Made by a program: the position numbers and the translations under genes
Notes under the pieces: generated by a model
The model's database searches: none
Told to the model about the DNA's origin: nothing
The model's input: only the letters and a program-made list of their open reading frames with translations
In this document: positions 38,398 to 50,479 of the stretch, piece by piece
How the letters are laid out: every line of letters starts with the position of its first letter
Position numbering within the stretch: the first letter of the stretch is position 1
NCBI RefSeq assembly: GCF_023055435.1
Contig: NW_025964112.1
Coordinates: 5,084,001 to 5,148,000 of the forward strand
Direction of reading: 5' to 3'
Source of the DNA: Haliotis rufescens
Lineage: Eukaryota
Length of the DNA: 64,000 bases

Positions 38398-39702
38398 TCT
38401 GCCCTGCAATCCTGGCAGCTGTTAGAACTCCGGGTCACCAGCAAAACACATCCTCAATATCAAAGATTCAACCCCGTCTGTGAAGATTCCTTTACTGAAT
38501 TAATATTTTAATGAAAAGATGCCCCCTGCAGTGTAACAGACTTCCACACCTCGTGAACTCACTGCTGTGGTTACCCAAAACTTTATGACTCCTCACTTAC
38601 ACACAGAAGTATGATCTTATATTTATGAAATTAGCAATACACTATCTTTTAAATGTTCATAAAAACTCCGTAATTTGTTTGATAAAAAAAAATATATGAA
38701 AAGCAAAGACAGACAACTGGTCCTGGCCACGAGCATGACTCCTATGAAACTCTTCCTCTATGATAAGTTAACCCAATATTCATCTCCGCTTTAATCTTGA
38801 ACCATCACTGAAGAATATTCTCATTTCTTTGCAATCGATAAAACAAGTTAAGTCCTAAAGAGGTGAATGAGCAACTTGCAACAGACACGACGCCTCATGA
38901 TTAATTACAGCATAATGATAAGCTTCACATCAATAATTGTGTTGGAGAACTTCAAAGCATCATCAATGAAAAAGGCCTCAGTAAGTTCACACTGCTAAAA
39001 ACATTATCACAGATAGATCTGGGAAATTGCTCGAGTTGTAATGAATAAAATATTTCACAAATATTATACCTATTAGGTATTATCCTTTGACCCAAGAAGA
39101 CATTCATTCACATTTCTCCATATATTACTGTATCCATATGACTGTCATGCGAAAAATGTAACTTTCAAAATAATGTCAAATAAATCACAGGCAGTGGGAG
39201 ATAAAAAGTGGACAAAACTTCAAAATGAAAAATTTTGCTTGCCTGATGGCTCTTCATGCAGAAAACCTGTCTGTGAATCACTTGCTTGAAGTGGTCATGT
39301 ACAATAGCGTCTCAGATAATCTTCACTAAAGCTGACTTAATGATGTGTAATCCTTGCTTAAAGCACGGCTTGCAACTGGCGTTTGTCAAGGGACAGAATT
39401 TTATGCCTACTGATTCCTAATGATGCATTATGGGATGGATGCCAATATCCTGAAGCATCTAAAACGTGAAGTGATTTCACAACAGGTTTCAGCACCATGT
39501 TAAAGCTAATTTCAAATAAAACTGTCATATTTACACTGTAGTTGATAGCAAACATATTCAATGCAATGGTGACACATGCACCAATACTAAATACATGATT
39601 GCTGGGTTGAATATCAGTTGTCTAAATCTACTTGTATGTACCTGGAAAAAGCAAGGAACCATGTCTTCTCTATTTTCATATATCGCAAACTTCCATGCTT
39701 AT

Positions 39703-40622
39703 ATGTTCTTCAAGGTGGTCACAAGTACAGGATCAGTTGTTACAAGGACACTGTATGTTCCTCCAGATGGTCACAAGTACAGGGTCAGTTGGTACGAGAA
39801 CACTGTATGTTCCTCTAGATGGTCACAAGTACAGGGTCAGTTGGTACAAGAACACTGTATGTTCCTCCAGATGGTCACAAGTACAGGGTCAGTTGGTACA
39901 AGAACACTGTATGTTCCTCCAGATGGTCACAAGTACAGGGTCAGTTGGTACAAGAACACTGTATGTTCCTCTAGATGGTCACAAGTACAGGGTCAGTTGG
40001 TACGAGAACACTGTATGTTCCTCCAGATGGTCACAAGTACAGGGTCAGTTGGTACAAGAACACTGTATGTTCCTCCAGATGGTCACAAGTACAGGGTCAG
40101 TTGGTACAAGAACACTGTATGTTCCTCTAGATGGTCACAAGTACAGGGTCAGTTGGTACGAGAACACTGTATGTTCCTCTAGATGGTCACAAGTACAGGG
40201 TCAGTTGGTACGAGAACACTGTATGTTCCTCTAGATGGTCACAAGTACATGGTCAGTTGGTACGAGAACACTGTATGTTCCTCTAGATGGTCACAAGTAC
40301 GGGGTCAGTTGGTACAAGAACACTGTATGTTCCTCTAGATGGTCACAAGTACGGGGTCAGTTGGTACAAGAACACTGTATGTTCCTCTAGATGGTCACAA
40401 GTACGGGGTCAGTTGGTACAAGAACACTGTATGTTCCTCCAGATGGTCTTAAGTACAGGGTCAGTTGGTACGAGAACACTGAATGTTCCTCTAGATGGTC
40501 CTAAGTACTGGGTCAGTTGGTACAAGGACACTGTATGTTCCTCTAGATGGTCCTAAGTACTGGGTCTGTTGGTACAAGAACACTGTATGTTCCTCCAGAT
40601 GGTCGCAAGTACTGGGTCAGTA
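39703..40622. repeat. 52-bp minisatellite, about 17 copies
   Basis: Unit ggtcacaagtacagggtcagttggtacaagaacactgtatgttcctccagat; diverged monomer at about 42314-42360. Confidence 0.97.
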
Positions 40623-40759
40623 AATTTGCTGACATCCACACAAAATTAATACCAAAAAGGAATTGGTCATTTCTGCCTTGATTGGGATTGATTTGTGTGG
40701 ATAGTATGAGGTGCTGCAGAAATTTGGTGAAAAGATGGACAAATCGCCTAAACACAACC

Positions 40760-41888
40760 ACGTGCGAGGCTGGTGTCCCAAGTACAACCAATCACTATTA
40801 CAAGACTGTGGAACCATTATCAGACACACAGGACAACACAGGACCTTCCCAAATTCGGTCGACCACGAATCACTATAAGAGCAAAGGACAGATTCATACG
40901 GTGACGTCACTTACGTGAGAGAACCGCCATGGCCACCTCTAAAACTAAGGCATACTAGGATTGCATAGGATATCAACCCAGACAGTAGGGAACGATTTAC
41001 ACGCTGTAGGTATTCATGCTACATGACCAGTTTGAGGTGCCATTTTGCTGCAATCTTAATTGTGTCAAGGTCAAAGATTATGGCCATAACTGCGATGGAG
41101 AAAAGTATGGTTCAGTGACGAGTCACATTTTATGCCTCGCCAACTGCATACAGGAAGTGGACAGATTTGGTGGTGGTATTGTGATGATGAGGGCAGGCAT
41201 CTTCTACACTGGTAGAACAGACATGTTGCAAGTTCTTGGGAACTTAACAGCACAACATTACACGGATAAGATTCTTTGCCCAAACATTCTTCCCATCATG
41301 CAACAAGCAAATCTAATTTTTCCCCAAGACAACACCCAACGTCACATGGCAAGACTGACAACAGCCTTTTTCAGGAATTACGACATCCAGGTCTTACCAC
41401 GGACATCCAGGTCTCCAGATTCAAAACCAATCAAACATTTATAGGATGCACTAGATCACAATTGCGAGCACATCAGCAACAACCACAGAACCTCCGACCG
41501 ATAGCACAAGCACTGCAAATTAAGTGAGTGAGTGAGTGAGTGGGTGGGTTGGCAGGCGGGCGGGCGAGCGAGTGAGTGGGTTTTGGGTGAGTGAGTGAGT
41601 GAGTGAGTGAGTGAGTGAGTGGACATTCCACTTGGCCACAATTTGGGATCTGATTGCTTCCATGGGACAACGATGCCAGTCAGTTTTGACTTTAATGGTG
41701 GCCATACAAGATATTGAGAACAGATGATCTCTGCCTTGAAAATCTACTGTTCCAGGTGTGCCATATGGAACCTGGGTCAATGATAATGATGTGTGCCAAT
41801 TTTGAACAGTTGATTACCATCTGTTGGTTATTTGTATGATACATAAAATATACATCTAAAACCACTTTTGTGTGTTTTTTGCAGAGTA
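40760..41888 (+). pseudogene. Tc1-family (DD34E) transposase pseudogene with 3' end
   Basis: TITRLWNHYQ..GRPRIT...DRFIR, VWFSDESHF, DRFGGG.VM..AGI, GNLTAQHY, QDN, SRSPDSKPIKHL*DAL, LIASM..RCQ, GGHTRY*; stops, frameshifts and a (GAGT)n insertion. Confidence 0.92.
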
Positions 41889-42067
41889 TATATTGGGGAT
41901 GGCAGCGACAGGTGGAGGTGTGTGCATAAAAGGCTACCTAATCAACAGCAACGGTAATTAAACAATAATATTTCTTCATGGTTTCAAAATAGTAGCAATT
42001 TGTCGTTACAACAATTATAATTCTAAAACATTATTCATGTTCAAGATGACATTGAACTTTTTAACAT

Positions 42068-42163
42068 CTGGGCCCGCTTGCACAAAGCGATATTAGCGCT
42101 CAGATTATCGTAACTCCCATACTTTAACATAGCGCTAAGATCGCTTTGTGCAAGTGGGCCCAG
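42068..42163. mobile_element. Small palindromic MITE, possibly PIF/Harbinger
   Basis: ctgggcccgcttgcacaaagcgatattagcgct and agcgctaagatcgctttgtgcaagtgggcccag. Confidence 0.8.
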
Positions 42164-42880
42164 GTCTTACAATATACATAGCGTGGATATATCTAACCCA
42201 TCTACCCTTCACTACTGGTAATCTTTGATGACATGTTCTAAGCTTTACAGATGGTATCAATAGCAGAGGTGGGAGACTTGGTCAATAGTCTTCACGTCTA
42301 CAATGACAGACAATGGTACAAGAACACTGTATGTTTTGTGAGATGATCACACGTACTGGAGCATATCATATGTTACAAAGAGGCAGAGGAACCAACTGAA
42401 ATGGGCGTCAAACAATGAGTGATATGGACAGTTACAAAACTTGCAAAAGTAATACATTATGGATTGTGTATTTCAATGTGTGTGTCACTTAATAAAAAAA
42501 ATAAATGTATTTGGTAATTAAATAAAAAAGGATAAATCTAAAACAAATGGCTGTTAATTTAGAAACTATTCAATAAGCAGTGTCAAATGTTTATGTAGGT
42601 GTGTGTATACATGCATGTGTCTGAGTAGACTGCTTCAGCTGAGTGAGTTTGGTTTTAACGCTGTGTTTAACAATATATTCACAGTATCACGGCTTCACAC
42701 ATTGTGATGAGCAATCGCTTTAACGATGCAGCCCCTGCTTCAGCTGAAGCTAGTACTACTGGGGAAGCTGAAACGATTCAGGAAAGTTGGGATGTATCTT
42801 GACACTGTGTGCCACAAAAAGAGTATCATATGTATCATGATGTTAGGTGTCGATAATGAGAGTATCCACGCATTAGATAC

Positions 42881-43133
42881 GTTTGTTTGTTGTTTAATGC
42901 TGCACTCAGCAATATTCCAGCTATATGACAGAGGTCTGTAAATAATCAACTCTGGATCAGTCAATCCAGTGATTGACATCATGAGCATCGATCTAAGCAA
43001 TTGGGATACGATGACGTGCATCAACGTCAGCGAGCCTGACCACCTGATCCCATAAGTCGCCTCTTTCTCCAAGCATAGTTGCCTTTTAATCCAAGCATGG
43101 GTTGCTGAAGACATATTCTGCCACGGATCTTCA
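42881..43133 (-). mobile_element. SINE-B
   Basis: Full body match with (AAAC)n tail. Confidence 0.9.
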
Positions 43134-43358
43134 TTAGAAGAAGCCCATGTATGGACAATACTTGCATAATATGTATCATGAAGTCATGCATCCAAACAAT
43201 ATATTTTAAGAACAAAGTAACATAAAGATATCTGACAGTCCCAGCAAGGTTCAATCAAGTCGTTCAAACATTTCTCTGTAACATTTGTTGCTGTCTTGCA
43301 GGTGAGTAATTAACTTGCCTTTGCATGTGTTTATGATGTGCACCACTGGTAGGGCAGG

Positions 43359-43640
43359 ATACAGTATGGTATGAAAATGAACTGTGAAAAAAATGATAAA
43401 ATAAAGACAATAAAACTGAAAGGTTGATGCAATTTTATTACTTATTACTTGTAGCATAATGTTACTGTAGATATACAAACCACAGTCCTAGTGCAGCTAC
43501 ACTATGGTATGAAAATGAACTGTGAAAAAAATAATAAAATAAAGGCAATAAAACTGAAAGGTTGTTGCAATTTTATTACTTATTACTTGTAGCATAATGT
43601 TACTGTAGATATACAAACCACAGTCCTAGTGCAGCTGCAC
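43359..43640. repeat. 138-bp tandem duplication
   Basis: tatggtatgaaaatgaactgtg at 43365 and 43503. Confidence 0.92.
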
Positions 43641-43859
43641 TGATGGGCTTCATGTACACTTCACTGTTTAGACAAGGACTACGAAGTAACATTGCAGCTA
43701 TGCTGGGTGAGTGAGGGTCTTATGTTGATATAGCAAGCAACATTCCAGCTATGACACAGATCTGGATCTCTAAATAACCATCGTTAGAGAAACAACCAAC
43801 GTCATCAAGACATGATGACACAAAATCAACATGGAACTTCCCAATCTTCATTTTCAAGA

Positions 43860-44024
43860 GGGGCGGTCGGGTAGCCTAGTTGTTAAAGTGTTCGCTCGTC
43901 ATGCTGAAGACCCGGGTTTGATTCCCGACATGGGTACAATGTGTGAAGCCCATTTCTTGTGTCCCCCGCCATGATATTACTGGAATATTGCTAAAAAACG
44001 GCGTAAAACAATACTCACTCACTC
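43860..44024 (+). mobile_element. SINE-C, full length
   Basis: ggggcggtcgggtagcctagt...ggtttgattccc...actcactc; near-perfect TSD attttcaaga/atttccaaga. Confidence 0.9.
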
Positions 44025-44845
44025 ATTTCCAAGAAGTTTTGAGGCTAGATACAATCATATTTTTGAACAACACCATGCAGCTTACCTACACCATGACTTG
44101 TGGCCACCATTCCCTGATTTTACTATTCTGCTGCATATCCTACCAACATTTCAGGTTTCCATGATAACCTATCAAGTAACACAAAAAGGGAACTTTTATT
44201 GGATGTCATGATTACAATAATGAGATCTGGTTTTTTTTTCTATTTGCCCACATATCAAAAACAATATTGCAATACAAGACACAAAAACTTATTTTAAGGT
44301 TTGTCGATCAAAATAGTCCTCTGATACTCTGAATAGATAGGGTTTATTTGCAGCCTAATTACTGCTGTTCTAGGCCAGCACATGAGCACTGATGCAAGAG
44401 GCAAACCATTCTCAGGATAAAGTAACATTTAAGAGAATCTAGGCTCTGATATATGACAATCCCAGCAAGGCTCATTCAAGTCGTTTCAAACATTTCTTTG
44501 TGACATGTTCCTGTGTTTCAGGTGAGCAATTGACTTGCTTTTGCATGTGTTTGTGATGAGCCACTCCAGTGGGGCAGGATACGCTCACCGTTTGTGAACA
44601 TACGCTCATGATGTAGTCAGAATAGTAAAATCGACTGCTTTTGGCCGCAATTTCTTTTGAATATGGAAAGCGTTTTGTCACCTTTTTTTTTTGTATGCTA
44701 ACTCAGACTGTATGATGTATATCAAGAAAACAGTTGAAAATTGTCCAAATATTAGTACAGAGACAATATCTCAGGAAATCATAAAGATCTAATGTAAACA
44801 GTTTGATAGTCCTTTACTGGGGGTTAACACCAGAAAGTTGATCAG

Positions 44846-44960
44846 AGTGAGTGAGTATGGTTTTACCCTGCTGTTAGCAATATTCCAGCAATATCACGGT
44901 GAGGGACACCAGAAATGGGCTTCACACATTGTACCCATGTGGGGAATCGACCCCAGGTCT
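44846..44960 (-). mobile_element. 5'-truncated SINE-C
   Basis: gagtgagtatggttttac...gtacccatgtggggaatcga. Confidence 0.85.
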
Positions 44961-44985
44961 GAGTTGGTTCAGCTTATAAAATATA

Positions 44986-45113
44986 TACTGAACAAAACAA
45001 GTTAGGGATCATGAATATTTGGGGGATATTTGGATGAAATTGTGTGCTAAGTCTTCACTTAAAAATAATATTCCCCAAAATATTCATGATCCCAAACTTT
45101 TTTTTGTTTAGTA
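44986..45113. mobile_element. Hairpin Tc1-type MITE
   Basis: tactgaacaaaacaagttagggatcatgaatattt and aaatattcatgatcccaaact...tgtttagta. Confidence 0.75.
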
Positions 45114-46205
45114 CATAAGAGAAAACAATTACATTGTATAACTAACCCATTCAATGCTGATTTGCCTGAATAATATAAGGTAGACAAAAATGTAAAACAA
45201 GAAAAAACAACCTTTTTTTATATTCATATTGCTTCTGATATTATCTCGACAATTTCCAATGCAAGAACATTAGTTGATGTTTATGTTTTGTTGGGGTTAT
45301 GGAAAAATGGAAAATCAATATCATATCCAAAAACATAATCAGTTTTGTGTTGACACCATTTCTTCTGAACCCTTAATAACTAGACAAATCCTTGACTAAG
45401 AGTGCCAGACAATTTTATGGGAAATTAATTTCTATTTTGTTCATAATCCCTGTTTATAACAATACTGGCAACATGAATCGATGAATGGACAAAACTGATA
45501 CCTTCACAAGATCAATGTGAATGTATGTTTATTGTTCAACACCAGTCAGCAATCTTCACACGACATCACAGCGAACTGTAAATATGTGATACCCCATGTT
45601 CTTCTGAATAATACAGACTTTTTTCGCAGAAAGAGAAAATGTGTGTTATACATGCAGACAGATTTAATGTCTTGCTCAAGTAAACAAGAACACAAATGTG
45701 TCTACAGGACAGAGTGTCAACTTATGAAATACACCTGTACTGTTTAAAAGTTTCCAATATCTTATTGACATTAAATCAAACATGTTATTGGTATGTATTA
45801 TTGTATGTACATATGTTTACATCAAATGTGTAAAATGTATTCATGAATCATTTTAGGCAAAATCCTGTATGAAGTAATCTCAGTTGCTTACCGATATTCA
45901 TAGCAACATCAACTTGACTGTGGCTTACAGACACTTTCTACGCGACGGAGAATGAATAATTATATCATATATCCCATGTGTTCACACAGAAGTCAAAGTA
46001 CCGTTTTGTCTTATTTTAGTCTTATTCAGAAGCAGTATTTGACTCAATTCTGAGTAAGTCACCGATTGGTCCTACACAAGCAGTGTTGATGCTTGTTGAG
46101 AGAGTGGCATCGTCATGATACTGATCACTGGATTGTATTTCCAGACTTGTTTACAGGCCATTGTCGTATGGCAGGAGTAGTGCTGAGTACAGTGCAAAGC
46201 AATAA

Positions 46206-46371
46206 GAGTGAGTCAGTGAGTGAGTATGGTTTTACGCCGCTTTTAGCAATATTCCAGCAATATCATGGCGAGGGACACCAGAAATGGGTTTCACACATTG
46301 TACCAGGAATCAAACCCGTGTTTTCAGCATGTAGAGCGAACGCTTTAACCACTAGGCTACCTGACCGCCCC
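46206..46371 (-). mobile_element. SINE-C inserted in the tail of a decayed plus-strand SINE-B (about 46085-46205)
   Basis: 11-bp TSD caaagcaataa (46195-46205, 46372-46382). Confidence 0.88.
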
Positions 46372-46514
46372 CAAAGCAATAAGGAGTGGCAGGTGCTACC
46401 GGTGTAAAGTCTGAAAGTTTACCCCCGCTTCAAAGTGTACCCGGGTAGTCCAAGAAGCCAAGCACCACAACCAGCAACCCCCCCTCCAAGAGGCCACATT
46501 ACAGCTTCCAGCCA

Positions 46515-46922
46515 ATGACCATTCCGAGAAGAAGAGAACTTTCTAAACAGTTACATTTACCTTCATTTAAGTCTGTTTATTTTGGAAGAGAGAAAGAATT
46601 TGAGGCACCAAATAGACAACACAAGACCAAGGGTGATGGCATCTGCTTCCTCCGTGCCATTAGTTATTTCCTAACTGGTCAGGAGACGTCCCACTTACGC
46701 CTGAGAGATGCTGTTGTACAACACATGAGTGAGAAAGGGGAAAAGCTAAAAAATTACCTTCAGCAGAATGTGACGAAATACTTATATTCGTCAAGAATGG
46801 CCGAAACTGGTGTCTGGGCACCGGATGCAGAGATAATGGCCACTGCTTCTCTTCTGCAAACTGACATTGGCATACTTATAATTGGTTTCAAAATGATTTT
46901 ATGTGCAATCAAAAGTAGCTAG
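46515..46922 (+). pseudogene. OTU-like cysteine protease domain fragment, probably transposon cargo
   Basis: KGDGICFLRAISYFLTGQETSH..LR..VV.HM...W..DAEIMATASLL.TDI fits the OTU pattern GDGNC.FRA.S; the C-terminal His motif is absent. Confidence 0.75.
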
Positions 46923-48654
46923 GTCTGTTCACAAAGCATATTAAAGCTTATTGAATAACATAAGTGTAAGACATTTCCTCACACAATTCTCAACACCAAC
47001 TTTCAAACTTACAAATTGATGATGAGTACAATGAGTTAAAATCAATGTGATTTGTAAGATATTTTTTTATTAGTTTAAACAATATTTATTTCTTCTTTGC
47101 ATATATAAAACAACATTTTGAATTTTTGGATTCGATAACAATTTATTACCGGTATTATCTACACTAGGATAGATTTTGGGAACTCCCCGATTATACCCCC
47201 TGGGGGTAGTTTTTAGGAAAGGGGATTAGATTCTGGGATATCAATGTTTTAAAACTGATAAGATGTGTACTGAATAGGCATTTATGTAAACATAATCAGA
47301 TGACAATGTTTTTACAGCAATTGACCAGGAGAGATCAGGCCTGAGTTAGATGCATCCCCCAAAAGAAAACTTCATGTACATTCATGAAATAAAAATGCTT
47401 AAATCAAACAGGGCTGCAGTAGATTCTTGGAGCTCCTAGATTATAGTTATTACCAAGGGTGTATTTTTATCTTGAATTCAAGAAAAGCGGGCAAAAATAC
47501 ATGTATTTATATTGGCAGGCAGTCAGGACCAAGGAATAGATTTGAGATATCAGTACCTTCACAGATAACGGGGTTTAAATGCATTTCTATTTTACTTTCA
47601 GCTGTGAGTAAAAAATAATAACCCTTTTGACCATTAATAAATGACAAATGATAATTAAAATGTTTACTCTCAAAATTCAGGCACTACATAAAACCAGGCA
47701 GTAACATGATAAATGTTTTTGGTTTATTGCACGAGAGAAAGGAAATGGTTTATATAGTGAGCAAAATCCTTGTATGCCGTGAGAAATAATGGTTACTCCG
47801 CATCAAGCCACTAAAACTGATAATGGGCTTTCCTCAATCACGGGCTCCCATATATTCTCTATCAAAGGACATTATATTTCAGGGACATGGAGTGAAGATG
47901 GTGTCACAATCAATTCTCAGAGCTTTTACAACATAAGCTTTAGGGGACGCCATGTATTGAAATAGAACATTATTCTTAAATTGCATTGCAATCCCTTGAG
48001 AAAGATTTTAACAGGGTATGGCGAATGAAGTCCTTCCTTAAATTGACTTTGGAGACAAGAAGTCTTTGTTAAAGAATATTTTGAGGCAGAACCAATGCTC
48101 CTAAAATCAGCTTGATTTCAACTGGTGTACCACATTCCTAATTAAAATCAATGATACATGTGCATCCTTATTGTCATACATATAACATCTTAAAAAGTCA
48201 TTAAAACAGCATTTGAAGATTTACAATGAATGAAGGTAACAAGTCAATTACTACCTTGTGTAACAGTTTCATCTCATTTCTGATTTATTCAGTGATTCTT
48301 TTGGTCAATGACTAGTTAGTTCCAAAACAATTTCTAAGGATAGGCCCACCTTATTTTACCATTTATACTTATTGGAAATTGCAGTTGCAGGACAAAGCCA
48401 GACAAAATTAAAGTACCACAGCTACAGAAGCTCACCTTTATTAATAAATAGAAGCAACAAAACTCTTACCATTGGGAACTAAAGAACTTTAGTAGATTAC
48501 ATTGTTTTTATGACAATGAGCCGCTGCTGAAAACTTTTAGAATTATTTGAAATGAAAAGTCTACTTCTTTGTAGCTAAGGGCATGTAGAACATGCTATGT
48601 GGAAATGATATTAAATAGGAGAAGAGAGAGTTGTTTCAGTGTTAATGGATGGAG

Positions 48655-48940
48655 TGAGTGAGTGAGTGAGTTGGGTTTAACGCCGCTTTTAACAGTATTA
48701 CAGTTATATCACGGCGTGTCAGCTTTATGTTGGAGGAAAGCCCTAAGTGATGCAGGTCTCAGACGTTTACCACTTCGGTGAAAACCACGAGCTCGGGTAT
48801 GGTGCTGATAAACCTAGAAACATAATTGGGGCAAACCGGGATTCAAACCCACAATCATAGGTTTCTGGCGTACCTAGGGGACACAACTATGCACAGTAAA
48901 TTACAGCGCCCTAGACGACTGGGCCACCCGTGCCATCATG
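48655..48940 (-). mobile_element. SINE-D, full length
   Basis: 10-bp TSD atggatggag; matches 14623. Confidence 0.9.
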
Positions 48941-48974
48941 ATGGATGGAGGGACATGACAGATGATAAATATTT

Positions 48975-49086
48975 TTTGTTTTGTGTATTGTTTAACGGCA
49001 CACTCAGCAATATTCCAGCCATATGATGGCAGTCTGTAAATAATTGAATCTGGACCAGACAATCAAGTGATTGACATCATGAGCAT
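48975..49086 (-). mobile_element. SINE-B 3' fragment
   Basis: ctcagcaatattccagc...tctggaccagacaatc...gacatcatgagcat. Confidence 0.85.
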
Positions 49087-49193
49087 CCAGAACACCCAGT
49101 TTTTACATATGACTACAGTAAATCTGTCATGACTAGATAGATTAACTATAGTCATATTAAAAAAATTGGGTGTGCTTGGATTTTTTTTAGTAG
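49086..49193. mobile_element. Hairpin Tc1-type MITE, left end lost
   Basis: tccagaacacccagttttttacatatgactacagtaaatct and agattaactatagtcatattaaaaaaattgggtgtgcttgga, ends tagtag-ta. Confidence 0.65.
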
Positions 49194-50143
49194 TATATAT
49201 GCCCTAACCATTGCATGGTTTTGATTGATAAATGTAAGTAAGTGACAAAGTAAGAAAATATTCAGTCACTTGACAATGTGTTTTGCATAGCTGTTCTCTA
49301 TGTTCCTGATCATCAAAGGGAAACAACACTCCCACTTTCAATTGTCTAGCCGGCACCGTTTTAATTAGCCCGCATAATCACCAGAAGCCAATTAGAGCTT
49401 CCAGCGACCCAACAAACTGGGCTTCTGACCAGCGGGGGCCAACTGGAAAACCTCATTGACAGCCAGGGGTAATCCCCTTGAATCTTCACATTTGAGTGGA
49501 TGATTCCTACCGGTACTATAACCTTTCACCTTACAAATTCATCTACCTGTGTAAATGTGTATGTACAATTATCTAGTTTGGAATAGAGAATATATGTGTA
49601 CGTATTATTTTTGTAACAATGAAATTCAGTTCATATGCTCAACATCACTGACCCTTGTTTCAGGAAAATTGCATACAATACAACAATTACTACCTCCTCC
49701 TCCAACTGTGCATTGCCATCATTTACTTGATGCTCAGCTGATGACTTTGTTACAAATACAATCAGTGGTAGAACTACTCAGATTACCTGACAAAGATGGC
49801 AAAATATCTCACTTATGTTCACCACTGCCTATGAGGGTGTCAAGGGTGGTTCACATGGTGTCTGGGGTAATTATTTAATCTACGATTGGGTTATAAATCC
49901 AGGTCTGATGTGTTGGATGTACAAAAGAGAAATGATCAGTAGAGTTGCAAAAAACATTGATTGATTAATCACTGTTATATTTGCAAAGTGGATTTGTCAA
50001 AAGTAAGTGTTTATATATGCTGGTTTACTAAAGCAGGCAGAATACACCTATACCTTGGCGTGAAGTGCCGATGTAAAATCAACATACTTTGTTCAAAGGA
50101 TTAGCCGATAATATGTTGTTTGATTGCTAATTGTTATCCAACT

Positions 50144-50479
50144 AGCATCCGCCCGGAGAGCGGAAGGTCCGGGGTTCAATCCCCGGCCGCGTCATACCAA
50201 AAGACGTTAAAAGATGGTACTTGTTGTTACCCTGTCTGGCGCTCCGAATTAAGGGGCTAAAGCAAGGACTGGTCAGCTCGGAGTCAGTATACTGTGTCTA
50301 AGTGGGTTATTCGTGTTAAACTGCGGCATGGTATCTCAGTGTGCTAGCACTATAAATCGGCATCAGTCCGGACTAGTACCAGCAGCCACACCGACACACA
50401 CAGACACGTGCATGCATGTCGCTATATAAGTGCAATAATCTTGGACGCGACGTTAAACCCCATTTCACCTCACCTCACC
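50144..50479 (+). mobile_element. SINE-A, slightly 5'-truncated, well preserved
   Basis: 13-bp TSD ttgttatccaact; B box ggttcaatccc; (TCACC)n tail; gtcataccaaaagacgttaaaagatggtac resembles the MetaSINE domain. Confidence 0.92.
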
